Shown in pieces: positions 10,344 through 20,794 of a stretch of DNA of 64,000 nt. The translations under genes and the position numbers were made by a program. The notes under the pieces were generated by a model. The model searched no databases and was not told the DNA's origin. It saw only the letters and a list, made by a program, of their open reading frames with translations. This stretch comes from Vulcanimicrobiota bacterium (lineage in GTDB: Bacteria > Vulcanimicrobiota > Vulcanimicrobiia > Vulcanimicrobiales > Vulcanimicrobiaceae), in the NCBI GenBank assembly GCA_963795855.1, contig CAWCIZ010000001.1, positions 576,001-640,000 of the forward strand, written 5' to 3'. Every line of letters begins with the position of its first letter. Within the stretch, counting starts at the first letter, position 1.

Positions 10344-11602
10344 CTGAATTTCCCGTACGCGTATGGATAGTCGGCGTAGAACCAGTTCCGCAAACTCGGA
10401 CGAATTAGTTCGCGCGCCGTCACCGGTGAGGCGCCTTTCAGGACGTAGTGCTTGCCGTCGAAGAAATCGGCGCTGTACTGCGGGTAGCTCGCCATCGGCT
10501 CGAATCCGGCAAAGGGGGCGAACGGCGTGCTGGTCCATTCCCAGCCGTTCCCGACCAAATCGTACACATCCCACGCGCTCGCGCCGGCGGGATGCGCATC
10601 CACCGGATCGGGGTCGAAGCGTTCGAAGTCGAAGTTGCCGTGCAGCGCGCTCGGCGCTTCGGCGCCCCATGGATACGCGCGCGTTTCGCCCTCCGGCGAA
10701 CCGTATGCCGCTCGGTGGTACTCGGCTTCGGTCATCACGCGAAGTCCGCGCCACGCCGCATATGCTCGCGCTTGCTCGTTGCTGACGTAAACCGGCCATG
10801 AAAGCGGAAGCGGCAGATCTTCGAACACGCCGCGCAGCTGCAATTCGCCGTCGCGCTCCACCCAGAATGGCGGCATGGGCGCACCTTCGCGCACGAATTC
10901 CAAATAGTCGCCGTTCGAGATCGCATACCGCTGGACGCTGAATGCTTCGACGTGCACGGTGACCTCGCCGAATTCGTTGTCCCATCCGAACGGAATCGCG
11001 CCGGGGCGCGCGCCGAGCGTCGCAGTTCCGGCCGGAATCTCCACGAATTCGTTGCGGGGAACGGTTGTATCGTGATGAGTTTGCGGGATCCGCCCTTTCA
11101 TATCCGGCGCAAGCCGGTGAATGATGTACACCAGCGTTTCGTGATGCATCTGCTCGTGTTCGAGAACGGTGAAGGCCGCTTCGCCGCGCACGAGCCGCGG
11201 CACCGTTTCGTCGACGAGTTTGGCGTGCGCGATTGCGGCGAGCACGCGATCGTCGCAGCGCCGGCCGAATGCCTCTATCTCCTCGCGCGCCGGCCAGTCG
11301 CTTCGCTCGTGCGTGAGAGCGGAATCGAGTCCCGACGGATCGATGCCGCGCTCGAAGAGCCGCTCCAGCCTTGCGTCGAGCGGACGCTCTTGCAACGCGC
11401 GTTCGTTGAGAACCAGAAAACTGAACGCGGGCAAATGCCCTTCATAGAAAGCGAAGGGGTGGCGCAGCGGGATCGGACGCGAATAATACGCCGCCGGATC
11501 GACCAAGCCGAAGAGCTGCGCGGAACGCTCGCGGTTTCGCCGGTACCACGCGGCAAGCGCGTCCCGGTCGAGCGAGGCTTTCGGGAGGGCCGCGGTCGTC
11601 AT
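10331..11602 (-). CDS. Non-heme iron sulfoxide synthase, EgtB/OvoA family (DinB-like + FGE-sulfatase domains)
   Basis: RPIPLRHPFAFYEGH, iron-binding EHEQMHHE, FGWDNE, GNGWEWT, YSADFFDGKH, RNWF. Confidence 0.85.
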   Translation of the reverse strand: MTTAALPKASLDRDALAAWYRRNRERSAQLFGLVDPAAYYSRPIPLRHPFAFYEGHLPAFSFLVLNERALQERPLDARLERLFERGIDPSGLDSALTHERSDWPAREEIEAFGRRCDDRVLAAIAHAKLVDETVPRLVRGEAAFTVLEHEQMHHETLVYIIHRLAPDMKGRIPQTHHDTTVPRNEFVEIPAGTATLGARPGAIPFGWDNEFGEVTVHVEAFSVQRYAISNGDYLEFVREGAPMPPFWVERDGELQLRGVFEDLPLPLSWPVYVSNEQARAYAAWRGLRVMTEAEYHRAAYGSPEGETRAYPWGAEAPSALHGNFDFERFDPDPVDAHPAGASAWDVYDLVGNGWEWTSTPFAPFAGFEPMASYPQYSADFFDGKHYVLKGASPVTARELIRPSLRNWFYADYPYAYGKFRCAA

Positions 11603-11622
11603 CGAGAATCCTTACTCCGGCT

Positions 11623-14600
11623 CTACAAACGTTCCTCGGCGCCGGCAAGCAAGGCCTCGAAGGCTTCCGCGTCCACCGGTCGAGAGAACAGGTATCCTTG
11701 CGCGCGGTCGCATCCGTGCGTTCGCAAGAACTCGAGCTGTTCGGCTTTTTCCACGCCTTCCGCAACGACGGTCAGCCCGAGGCTGTGTCCCATGGCAATG
11801 ATGGCCTTGACGATCGTTTCGTCGCTTCGCTCCATGCCGATGCCCGCGATGAACGAACGATCGATTTTGAGCTGATCGACGTCGAAGCGCCGCAAATAAC
11901 TGAGCGATGAATGCCCCGTACCGAAATCGTCGACCGCGATGGACGTGCCGATAGCTTTCAGGCGCCGTAACGTGTCGACGCTTTGCGCAACGTCCGCCAA
12001 GGCCATGCTCTCGGTAATCTCGATCTCGACGCGATTCGTGTCGAAGCCGGCCTCGGTAAAGACTCCAGCAGACGCTCGCACAGATGCGGATGATGAAACT
12101 GCCTGGCGGAAATGTTGACGGCAAGCGATACGGGCCGGCGCGTTTGCCAGCGCCGCGCGTCGGCGCCCGCATTCGCAATGACCCACTCGCCGAGTTGCAT
12201 CACCATCCCGGTCGCTTCGGCTACCGGAATGAATTCGTCGGGATAGACCAGCCCGCGCTGCGGGTGCTTCCAGCGCACGAGCGCCTCGACCGCGAGAATG
12301 CGCTCCGATACGACGTCCACGATCGGTTGATAGTGCAGCAGAAACTGCTGATGTTCGATAGCGCGGCGCAGATTTTTCTCGACGCTTAGACGCGTGCGCA
12401 GCGGCGTCTGAAACGTTTCTTCGTAAAAGAGAAAGCCGTTGCCGCCCTGACCCTTGATCCGGTACATGGCGATGTCCGCGTGTTTGATCAGGGCTTGATC
12501 GTCGCGGCCGTCATCGGGCGAGAGCGCGATGCCGATGCTCGTCGTGATGAATTGTTCGACACCCTCGACGCGGAACGGTTCTTCGATGGCGTGCAGCAGT
12601 TGCTGCGCGATCGGTTCGACCTGCGCTCTGCCGTCGATGCCGGGCAGCAGGACGATGAATTCGTCGCCGCCCATGCGCGCCACCGTACCGCTCTGCCCGA
12701 CGGTGCGAAGCAACCGATGCGCGGCTATTTGCAAGAAGCGATCGCCGGTTGCGTGGCCCAGCGTGTCGTTGATGTCTTTGAACCGGTCCAGATCGAAGAA
12801 GAGCACTGCGGAAGGCGTGACGTTCCCGCGCGAATCGATGAGTGAGTCGCGCAGGCGTTCCTGAAAGAAGAGCCGGTTCGGAAGACCCGTCAGCGAATCG
12901 TAGTACGCAAGCGTGCGCAAATGGGAGCGGCTGCGGCGGCGCTCGATAGCACTTCCAACGAGCGCGGCCATGAGCGCGATGGTATCGACGTCGACCTCTT
13001 CGAACGGCTGCTCGCGCTGCGTGCGCGAGAAGAACAGCAGCACGCCGTGCAGTGTGCCGCCGACGAGCAGCCGCGAACCAATCCACGTGCCGTATGCGCC
13101 ATCGGTCGCGCCTCCGACATACGTCGAGACGGGCTCGCGATTGACGAGCACCGCTTTCGCCAAATCGACCAGCAGTTCGTCGTCGCCCGCGAACAGTTCG
13201 AGGGAGTCGTACCGCATGTCCACGCTCAGGACGTCGGTCGAATCGACAATCGCGCCGCTCTCCATTCCGAGCAGACGGCATCCGGTCTGGAGCGTCGACA
13301 TCACGTGAGCGTCGGTGTATTCCGGTGTGGTTGCGAGCAAGTAGAGATCGCGCATGCGCTGCGCCTGCATCTCGAGTTTGCGCTGCGCGATTTTGCGCTC
13401 CGAAATGTCCTTGAACGCGCAGTACACGCCGACCACCAAACCTTGCGCGTATTTGGGAAATAGCGTCGTTTCAAGATGCAGCGGGCTGCCGTCGCCGCGA
13501 GTCGAGGCGATCTCGTAATTTACCGTTTCGCCGTCGACCGCACGCCGGAAGAAGGCCCAGCCGCGCTCCAAATCCGTTCCCTGCAAGAACAATCGAAAGT
13601 TCTGCCCTTGGATCTGTTCCCGCGGCCGTTGCGAGACGGTGGCCGCGGCGGCATTGAGGTCCAGGATGACGCCGTCGGTCGAGAGCAGCGCGATGCCGTC
13701 CGGGTTATGCGCGAAGAGCGAGCGAAAATCGCCTTCGAGATCGAGGAGTTCCTCGCGCTGCGCCGCCACGGTGCGTTCGGCACGCATGCGTTCGGTGACG
13801 TTTTCCATCAGGGCGTAAGCGCCGACGATTTGTTGTTGCTGCACCATCGGCAGCAGTGTGGCCTCGTACTGGATGATGCGGCCGTCGGCTGAATACGCAT
13901 CGACCGGAAACGAAACCGTTTCGCCTTTCATCGCTTGCAGTAGGTACTCGCGGACGCCGTCGCGCTGGCTCGGTGGAACGAAGTCCGTGACCGAGCGTCC
14001 ACGCAGATCTTCGAGCGCGTACCCGCTGATGCGCAGGCCTGCGGTGTTGACCTGCATGATGCGCTGATTGGCGTCGACCGCCAGCACAACCGCAGGATTG
14101 TTTTCGAAAAGAAGTTGAAAACGCATCCGTGCTTGCTCGAGCTCTGCGTTCGTTTGCGCCTGCTGCGCGGAGTGTTCGTCGATGCGCTCGACGGTCACGT
14201 TTTCGAATAGGCCGTACACGCCGGTCGGGCGGCCGCCCTCATTTCGCGGAATGAGCGTCGCGATAAAGTTGAGCCACCGCCCGTCGGCGGTTTCAAAATC
14301 GACGGCGGCGCGGGTGATCGTGCCGCCCAACGCTTGATCGAATGCGGCGCGAAATGCCGCGCGTACCGACGTCTTGCAATGCCGCCCGAGCGGAGTTCCG
14401 ACGAAATACTCGCGCGGGTAGCCGCTGTGCGCGACCGTTGCTTCGTTGACCTCGACGATGCGTGCTTCGGCGTCGTAGATCGCCGCCGGAAAAGGATTGC
14501 GATCGAAAAGCGAGCGAAAGCGCTGCTCGGCCGCCTCGCGCCACGACGCGTCGTACATCACCAAGAACAAGTACACCGACGCGCCGCCGTCGACGACGGG

Positions 14601-14900
14601 AATGGCGGTAACCTCGGCCAGGAACGACGACCCATCTTTGCGCGTCACCATGACGTCGCGCTGCAGTGTCTTTTCGACGCAGGCGAATTCGAGCGCATCC
14701 TCGAGAAATGCCCGCAGCGGCGCATCAGCCACCGAACGCAGATCTCTGCCGGTCAGTTCGCTTTGCGTGTACCCGCCGATCAGCGTACAGGCGGTATTGA
14801 CCGCGATGACCGTGCAGTCGCGGTCGACGGCAATGATTGCGCTGGGCGAGGCGCTGAAAAGCGACTCGAACGCGCGCGCGTCAGTGAGCCAAGTATTCAT
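11623..14900 (-). CDS. Multi-PAS, GAF-like, GGDEF-EAL diguanylate cyclase/phosphodiesterase; frameshift near 12057
   Basis: Four PAS-like repeats, DSLTGLPNR, RMGGDEF, VEALVRW; DDFGTG and VAEGVE in ORF 11623..12186. Confidence 0.9.
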
Positions 14901-16317
14901 ACAATCCGTGGACGCCGCCCTCGCGCCCAAAGCCGGATTCGCGATATCCCCCGAATGGAGAACTGGGATCGAAGAGGTTGAATGTGTTGCACCATACGAC
15001 TCCCGCGCGCATGTGCTGGGCTAGGTACATGTTTTTACTGCCCTTGTCCGTCCAAATTCCCGCGGACAGGCCGTACGGGGTGTTATTTGCTTTTTCGACG
15101 GCTTCGTCCGGCGTGCGGAACGTCAGCACCGAGAGAACCGGCCCGAAAATTTCCTCGCGGGCGATGCGATGCGACTGCTGAACGTTGGTGAAGAACGACG
15201 CCGGGAAATAGTAGCCGCGTTCCGGCAAAGAGCACGATTGCTGCACGAGCACCGCGCCCTGATCGATGCCGCTGCGCACCAGTTCGTGAATTTTATCCAA
15301 CTGCATGCGCGAGTTGATCGCACCGATGTCCGTGTTCTTGTCGAGCGGATCGCCCAGGCGAAGCGTTTGCAGGCGCTCCGTTAGCCGCACGACGACCTCG
15401 TCGTGCACGCTTTCCTCTACGAGCAGCCGCGAACCGGCGCAGCACACGTGACCTTGATTGAAATAGATGCCGTTGACGATACCTTCGATAGCCTGATCGA
15501 GCGGCGCGTCGGCGAATACGATGTGCGCGGCTTTTCCGCCCAGTTCGAGCGTCACGCGCTTGCCGCTGCCGGCGAGCGCGCGTTGTATCGCCTTTCCGAC
15601 TTCCGTCGATCCGGTGAACGCGATTTTGTCTGCGCCGCTTTCAACGAGTGCGGCGCCGGTCGATCCATCGCCCGAAACGACGTTGACGACGCCGGGCGGC
15701 AGATCTGCCTCTTGCACGATTTGAGCCAATGCGAGCGCGGTCAGCGGCGTCGTTTCTGCGGGTTTGAGCACGACGGTGTTGCCGCACGCCAACGCGGGCG
15801 CGAGCTTCCACGCCGCCATGAGCAGCGGAAAATTCCACGGAACGATCTGGCCGGCGACGCCGATGGGCTCAGGCGCGCGCCCCGCGCGCAGCGCCCACTC
15901 GAGTTTGTCCGCCCAGCCCGCGTAATAGAAGAAGTGCGCGGCGGCGGTGGGTACGTCGAAGTCGCGCGCTTCCTTGATCGGCTTGCCGCCGTCGAGCGTT
16001 TCAAGCACGGCGAGCTCGCGCGAGCGCTCGGTGATCGCGCGAGCAATCCGGTACACGTATTTCGCGCGATCGGCGGGGCGCATTGCGCGCCAGTACTTGT
16101 CGTACGCTTTGCGAGCGGCACGGACCGCGCGATCCACGTCTTCGGGGCCGGCGTGCGCGACGCGCGCGAGCGGTTTTTCGTTCGCCGGATTTACCGTTTC
16201 GAAATAGCGGCCGCTCTTCGGAGCGGTCCACTCGCCGTTCACGAAAAGCCCGTATTCCTCGCGGATGACGGGTGTGGTCGTTTCGGGCGCTGGTGCGTAG
16301 TCGAAAATGCCGGTCAT
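14881..16317 (-). CDS. Aldehyde dehydrogenase
   Basis: [40 protein letters not shown] 2 nt after the deoC stop. Confidence 0.95.
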   Translation of the reverse strand: MTGIFDYAPAPETTTPVIREEYGLFVNGEWTAPKSGRYFETVNPANEKPLARVAHAGPEDVDRAVRAARKAYDKYWRAMRPADRAKYVYRIARAITERSRELAVLETLDGGKPIKEARDFDVPTAAAHFFYYAGWADKLEWALRAGRAPEPIGVAGQIVPWNFPLLMAAWKLAPALACGNTVVLKPAETTPLTALALAQIVQEADLPPGVVNVVSGDGSTGAALVESGADKIAFTGSTEVGKAIQRALAGSGKRVTLELGGKAAHIVFADAPLDQAIEGIVNGIYFNQGHVCCAGSRLLVEESVHDEVVVRLTERLQTLRLGDPLDKNTDIGAINSRMQLDKIHELVRSGIDQGAVLVQQSCSLPERGYYFPASFFTNVQQSHRIAREEIFGPVLSVLTFRTPDEAVEKANNTPYGLSAGIWTDKGSKNMYLAQHMRAGVVWCNTFNLFDPSSPFGGYRESGFGREGGVHGLYEYLAH

Positions 16318-16319
16318 CG

Positions 16320-17198
16320 TCAGTCTTTCGGAAAGTAATCCGGGCCGGCGTAGTGCCCGGTGAGTTCTTTTTCGTACTGCATCAGCAAATCGTCGAGCAA
16401 TGAACTCGCTCCGATGCGGAACATCGACGGAGTGAGCCACGCATCGCCGAGCGTTTCTTTCACGATCACCAAATACGTCAGCGCCTGTTTGGTGGTTCGA
16501 ACGCCGCCAGCGACCTTGAGTCCCGCCCGCCGCCCGGTGCGACGCGCATAATCCCGAATCGCTTCGCACATCGTGACCGCTACGGGGAACGTCGCGTTAG
16601 TGCCTACCTTGCCGGTGGACGTTTTGATGACGTCCGCGCCGGCTTCCAACGCGAGATCGGCGGCGCGCCGAACGTTGTCGTAACTTCCCAGTTCGCCGGT
16701 CTCGAGGATCACTTTCAAATGCACCTCGCCGCAAACGCGCTTCACGGCGACGATGTCGTCAAAGACCTGATCGTGGTGCCCGGCGAGAAAAGCGCCGCGG
16801 TCGATGACCATGTCGATTTCGTCGGCTCCGGCCTCGATGGCTTCGCGCACGTCGGCCAAGCGCACGTCCAACGCGGAGAGGCCGCTCGGAAACGCGGTTG
16901 CAACGGATGCGACTTTGACGGAACTCCCGCGCAGGGCATCTTTTGCGACCGCGACCAGACTCGGGTACACGCAAACGGCCGCGACGCTCGGAATGTCCTG
17001 GAGATGGGGAGCGGGGTTGATCGCTTTTGCGCACAGCGATCGAACGCGCCCCTGCGAGTCCTTGCCTTCGAGCGTCGTAAGGTCCATGCACGCGATCGCC
17101 AAACGAATGCCGGCGACCTTCGCGGTCGTCTTGATGGAGCGCTTGGATAGCGCTCCGGCCCGAGTCTCCAGCATTACGGCATCGACAATGGCCGTCAT
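16320..17198 (-). CDS. deoC: Deoxyribose-phosphate aldolase
   Basis: DLTTL, AAVCVYP, GADEIDMV, LKVILETGEL, KTSTGK, KVAGGVR, RIGASSLL. Confidence 0.95.
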   Translation of the reverse strand: MTAIVDAVMLETRAGALSKRSIKTTAKVAGIRLAIACMDLTTLEGKDSQGRVRSLCAKAINPAPHLQDIPSVAAVCVYPSLVAVAKDALRGSSVKVASVATAFPSGLSALDVRLADVREAIEAGADEIDMVIDRGAFLAGHHDQVFDDIVAVKRVCGEVHLKVILETGELGSYDNVRRAADLALEAGADVIKTSTGKVGTNATFPVAVTMCEAIRDYARRTGRRAGLKVAGGVRTTKQALTYLVIVKETLGDAWLTPSMFRIGASSLLDDLLMQYEKELTGHYAGPDYFPKD

Positions 17199-17199
17199 G

Positions 17200-18309
17200 T
17201 TACAGCGTCCCTCGCTTTTCTTGCTCTTTCTCGATGGAAACGAAGAGCGCTTTGAAGTTGCCCTTGCCGAAACTCAGCGAACCTTTGCGCTGGATGATCT
17301 CGAAGAAGACGGTCGGTCTGTCCTGAAGCGGTTTGGTGAAAATCTGCAGCATGTAGCCCATGTCGTCGCGATCGACCAGAATGCGCAAATGGCGGAGAAT
17401 CTGCATCCCTTCGTCGATTCGGCCGACCCGGGATTCCAGATCGTCGTAATATGCGTCGGGCGTGTCGAGGAACTCGACGCCGTTGTCCTTGAGCGCTCGA
17501 ATCGTGGAGATGATATCGTCCGTTCGAATCGCTATGTGCTGCACGCCTGCGCCGCGGTAGAAATCCAAATACTCCTCGATCTGCGATTTTTTCTTGCCTT
17601 CGGCCGGCTCGTTGATTGGAAACTTCACGCGGTGCTCCGCGTCGCTCATCACCTTGGATTTGAGCGCCGTGTATTCCGTGGAGATGTCCTTGTCGTCGAA
17701 CGAAATGAGCTGCGAGAATCCGAAGACGTTGGCGTAGAAGTCGCCCCAGGAGTCCATCTCGCCCCAACCGACGTTGCCGACGCAGTGATCGATGAACAGC
17801 AATCCCGGTTTGTGCGTCGCGTAGTTCTTGGGAGCGTGCACGTAACCCGGCAGAAAGACGCCGGCATAGCCGTCGCGCTGCACGAAGGTGTGAACGGTGT
17901 CGCCGTAGGCGGCGATCGTGGCGGTGATGACGCGGCCGTTCTCGTCTCGGCTCTCTTTCGGAGGCGCAACCGGCTTCGCGCCGCCGGCGAGTGCGCGCTC
18001 GTATGCGGCCTTCGCGTCGTGGACCACGATGGCAATGTCGCGAACTCCATCGCCGTGTTCGGCGGTATGGCGCGTGATCTCGTCGCCGGGACGGAGGCTC
18101 GAGGTGAGCACGAAGCGCAGCTTGTTCTGCACGAGCACGTAAGAGGCGCGATCTTTGACGCCGGTTTCGGGACCCGCGTACGCGACTTGATCGAACCCGA
18201 ATGCCGTGCAGTAAAAATGCGCGGCTTGCTTGGCGTTACCGACGTAGAACTCGACGTAGTCCCAATCGATCTTCGCCAGCGGGTTGCTTTCGACGACGGA
18301 CGTGCTCAT
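17200..18309 (-). CDS. hppD: 4-hydroxyphenylpyruvate dioxygenase
   Basis: HGDGV, IDHCVGNV, KFPINEP, GVQHIA, LQIFT, FFEIIQR, FGKGNFKALF. Confidence 0.97.
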   Translation of the reverse strand: MSTSVVESNPLAKIDWDYVEFYVGNAKQAAHFYCTAFGFDQVAYAGPETGVKDRASYVLVQNKLRFVLTSSLRPGDEITRHTAEHGDGVRDIAIVVHDAKAAYERALAGGAKPVAPPKESRDENGRVITATIAAYGDTVHTFVQRDGYAGVFLPGYVHAPKNYATHKPGLLFIDHCVGNVGWGEMDSWGDFYANVFGFSQLISFDDKDISTEYTALKSKVMSDAEHRVKFPINEPAEGKKKSQIEEYLDFYRGAGVQHIAIRTDDIISTIRALKDNGVEFLDTPDAYYDDLESRVGRIDEGMQILRHLRILVDRDDMGYMLQIFTKPLQDRPTVFFEIIQRKGSLSFGKGNFKALFVSIEKEQEKRGTL

Positions 18310-18312
18310 GGA

Positions 18313-18344
18313 AGGGTGCTTTGCGGGATGACCGAAGGCGCCCT
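18313..18344. promoter_or_regulatory. Imperfect inverted repeat filling the hppD/hypothetical divergent spacer (candidate operator)
   Basis: AGGGTGCTTT-G-CGG-GATGA-CCG-AAGGCGCCCT inside a 38-nt intergenic gap. Confidence 0.45.
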
Positions 18345-18347
18345 GTA

Positions 18348-19289
18348 ATGACCACGTCCGCTGCCGCCGCGCCCGCCGTGCGCGCTGCGTTCGCCGAGCT
18401 GATCGACTACGCCGGGCTTTTCCCGCCTGCGGATCTGGACGTGGAGCCGGCCGTGCGAGAATATTCCGCCTCCGCGGACGGTGCGTTTGCGTGGATGCTC
18501 GGCCGCTTCATCGTGCAGGCGTCCCGCGTGCCGCAACTGCTCGCAGCAGCAACCGCGCCGGCGCCCATACGGCTCAGCGCAATCGTCGACGCGGGCACCG
18601 ATCCGCGCGCGTGGCTTGCGCGTGTGCTGGCACTGCTCGAAGAAATCGCGCGGCTGCATACGGACGAGGCCCGAATCCGGATCGAGGCGCTGGAAATCGC
18701 GCTGCCGCCGCTGGCAACCATGCGCGAAACATACGATGCGGCGATCGGACAATTCGCCGCAGCGCTGCGGCGCGCGAATTTGCAAACGCTGCCCGCATAC
18801 GTCGAACTGCCGCGCGACGAGCGCTGGAGCGCCCAGCTCGACGGCGCGCTCTTTGCACTCGCTCGCCATCAGCTGGGCGCGAAGCTGCGATGCGGCGGCG
18901 TCTTGCCGAGCGCGTTTCCCAGTCCGGACCAAGTTGCCGAATTTATTGCAGCGGCCGCCGAGCATGGGCTGCGGATGAAGGCTACGGCGGGGTTACATCA
19001 CCCGGTTCGCCGCCCTGAGGCGCACATCGGGGCGACGATGCATGGATTTCTCAACGTTCTCGCAGCCGCAGCGTTTGCGCGGACGGGCGCGCGACGCGAG
19101 ACTCTCGTTGAGATTCTCTCCTGCGAGGACCCGGGTGCTTTCGGCTTTGACGAAAACGGTCTGGCGTATCGCGGCGAGCACGTCTCCGCCGCTGCGCTGC
19201 AGGCGACGCGCGAACGGCTTTTCGTCGCTTACGGCAGTTGCAGTTTCTCCGAGCCGACGGCCGATCTGCAAGAACTCGGGATCTTGTAG
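18348..19289 (+). CDS. Conserved hypothetical protein coupled to fahA
   Basis: LIDYAGLFPPA, AKLRCGG, KATAGLHHP, MHGFLN, YGSCSFSEP motifs; stop 2 nt before the fahA start. Confidence 0.85.
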   Translation: MTTSAAAAPAVRAAFAELIDYAGLFPPADLDVEPAVREYSASADGAFAWMLGRFIVQASRVPQLLAAATAPAPIRLSAIVDAGTDPRAWLARVLALLEEIARLHTDEARIRIEALEIALPPLATMRETYDAAIGQFAAALRRANLQTLPAYVELPRDERWSAQLDGALFALARHQLGAKLRCGGVLPSAFPSPDQVAEFIAAAAEHGLRMKATAGLHHPVRRPEAHIGATMHGFLNVLAAAAFARTGARRETLVEILSCEDPGAFGFDENGLAYRGEHVSAAALQATRERLFVAYGSCSFSEPTADLQELGIL

Positions 19290-19291
19290 CG

Positions 19292-20557
19292 ATGGCGCAG
19301 ATCGCGCGTTCGTGGGCGCGCGTCGCCCCGGATTCCGATTTTCCGCTCGAGAACTTGCCTTACGGCGTCTTTGCATCGACGCGGGGCGAGCCGCACATCG
19401 GCGTTGCGATCGGCGAGTCCATTTTCGATCTTCACGATGCGGCCGACGCGGGACTGTTCGACGGCATTCTCTCGCGCGCCGTACTGCAGGCGCCCGCGCT
19501 GAATCTGCTGTTCGCCGCCGGACGTGCCGTCTGGACGCAGTTGCGCGAACGCTCGCAGTCGCTGCTGCTCGAAGGAACCGATGCGTTCAAAGGGATCGAT
19601 CGCGAGCGTTTGCTGACGCGGCGCGAAGGCGCACGGATGCTGCTGCCGCTCGCCGTCGGCGATTACGTCGACTTTTACTCTTCGCTCGAGCACGCGACGA
19701 ATCTCGGGAAGATCTTTCGGCCCGACGCCGAGCCGCTGATGCCGAATTGGCGCTGGATGCCGATCGGTTATCACGGCCGTTCCAGCACGATCGTCGTAGA
19801 CGGCACGCCTATCGTGCGTCCAAACGGCCAGCGCAAAGCGCCTGACGCGGCGGAGCCGGGCTTCGGCCCCTCGCGTCTGCTCGATATCGAATTGGAGATA
19901 GGGTTCGTCACGGGACCCGGTAATCGCATGGGCCGGCCGATCCCGATCGAAGCGGCGCGCGATCACATCTTCGGCCTCGTGCTCGTGAACGACTGGAGCG
20001 CGCGCGACATTCAAGCCTGGGAATATCAACCGCTTGGGCCGTTTCTCGGCAAGTCGTTCGCGACGTCGATCTCGCCCTGGGTCGTTACGCTCGATGCGCT
20101 CGAACCCTATCGCGTCGAAGGCCCCAAGCAAGAGCCGCGGCCGCTGCCCTATTTGCGCACCGTCGAGCCGTGGAACTACGACGTGACGCTGCTCGTCGAA
20201 TTGCAGACGCAGAAGATGCGTGAAAACGGCACGCCGCCGGAAGTCGTCTCGCGTTCCAATTTCCGGTATATGTACTGGAACATGGCGCAGCAGCTCGCCC
20301 ACGCTTCGGTGAACGGCACCGCGATTCGTCCCGGCGATTTGTACGCGTCCGGAACCATTTCGGGAACGTCGCCGGATAGTTACGGCAGTTTCATCGAACT
20401 CTCGTGGCGCGGCGCCAAGCCGCTGCACTTGCGATCGGGCGAAGAGCGGTCGTTCTTGGAGGACGGCGACACCGTGACGCTGCGCGGCGTTTGCGCAGCC
20501 GCCGGTAAACCGCGAATCGGCTTCGGCAGCGTGGGCGGAACGATCGTCTCTGGGTAA
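19292..20557 (+). CDS. fahA: Fumarylacetoacetase
   Basis: SDFPLENLPYGVF, GDYVDFYSSLEHA, GYHGRSS, LDIELE, NDWSARDIQAWEYQPLGPF, SGTISG. Confidence 0.96.
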   Translation: MAQIARSWARVAPDSDFPLENLPYGVFASTRGEPHIGVAIGESIFDLHDAADAGLFDGILSRAVLQAPALNLLFAAGRAVWTQLRERSQSLLLEGTDAFKGIDRERLLTRREGARMLLPLAVGDYVDFYSSLEHATNLGKIFRPDAEPLMPNWRWMPIGYHGRSSTIVVDGTPIVRPNGQRKAPDAAEPGFGPSRLLDIELEIGFVTGPGNRMGRPIPIEAARDHIFGLVLVNDWSARDIQAWEYQPLGPFLGKSFATSISPWVVTLDALEPYRVEGPKQEPRPLPYLRTVEPWNYDVTLLVELQTQKMRENGTPPEVVSRSNFRYMYWNMAQQLAHASVNGTAIRPGDLYASGTISGTSPDSYGSFIELSWRGAKPLHLRSGEERSFLEDGDTVTLRGVCAAAGKPRIGFGSVGGTIVSG

Positions 20558-20566
20558 GAGGAGCGC

Positions 20567-20794
20567 GTGCGCTTCGGACTTCTTGCTTTGATTTTTTTGC
20601 TGCTGCTCACGCTCGGCAATGCGTGGCTAATGAAAAGCGAGCGCGCCGCGGTCAGTTCGCGTGATTACGCGCCCGTGCAGATCACGCAGCCGCACGCGAG
20701 AAAATACGAGTGGGACGCGTTCATTTGGCGCGAGATCGGCGCGCTCATATTTACCGTCGTGGTTTTCGGCGCAATTGCTTCGCGATCACGTTGA
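20567..20794 (+). CDS. Small two-TM membrane protein, hypothetical
   Basis: GAGGAG RBS, GTG start, two hydrophobic segments. Confidence 0.55.
   Translation: MRFGLLALIFLLLLTLGNAWLMKSERAAVSSRDYAPVQITQPHARKYEWDAFIWREIGALIFTVVVFGAIASRSR

Noticed and set aside
7248..10985. 1245-aa ORF suggesting an SBP-isocitrate dehydrogenase fusion
   Set aside because: An indel near 9550 shifts the SBP N-terminus into the icd frame. The linker is nonsense, the SBP C-terminus is in ORF 8729..9415, and icd has its own RBS and GTG.
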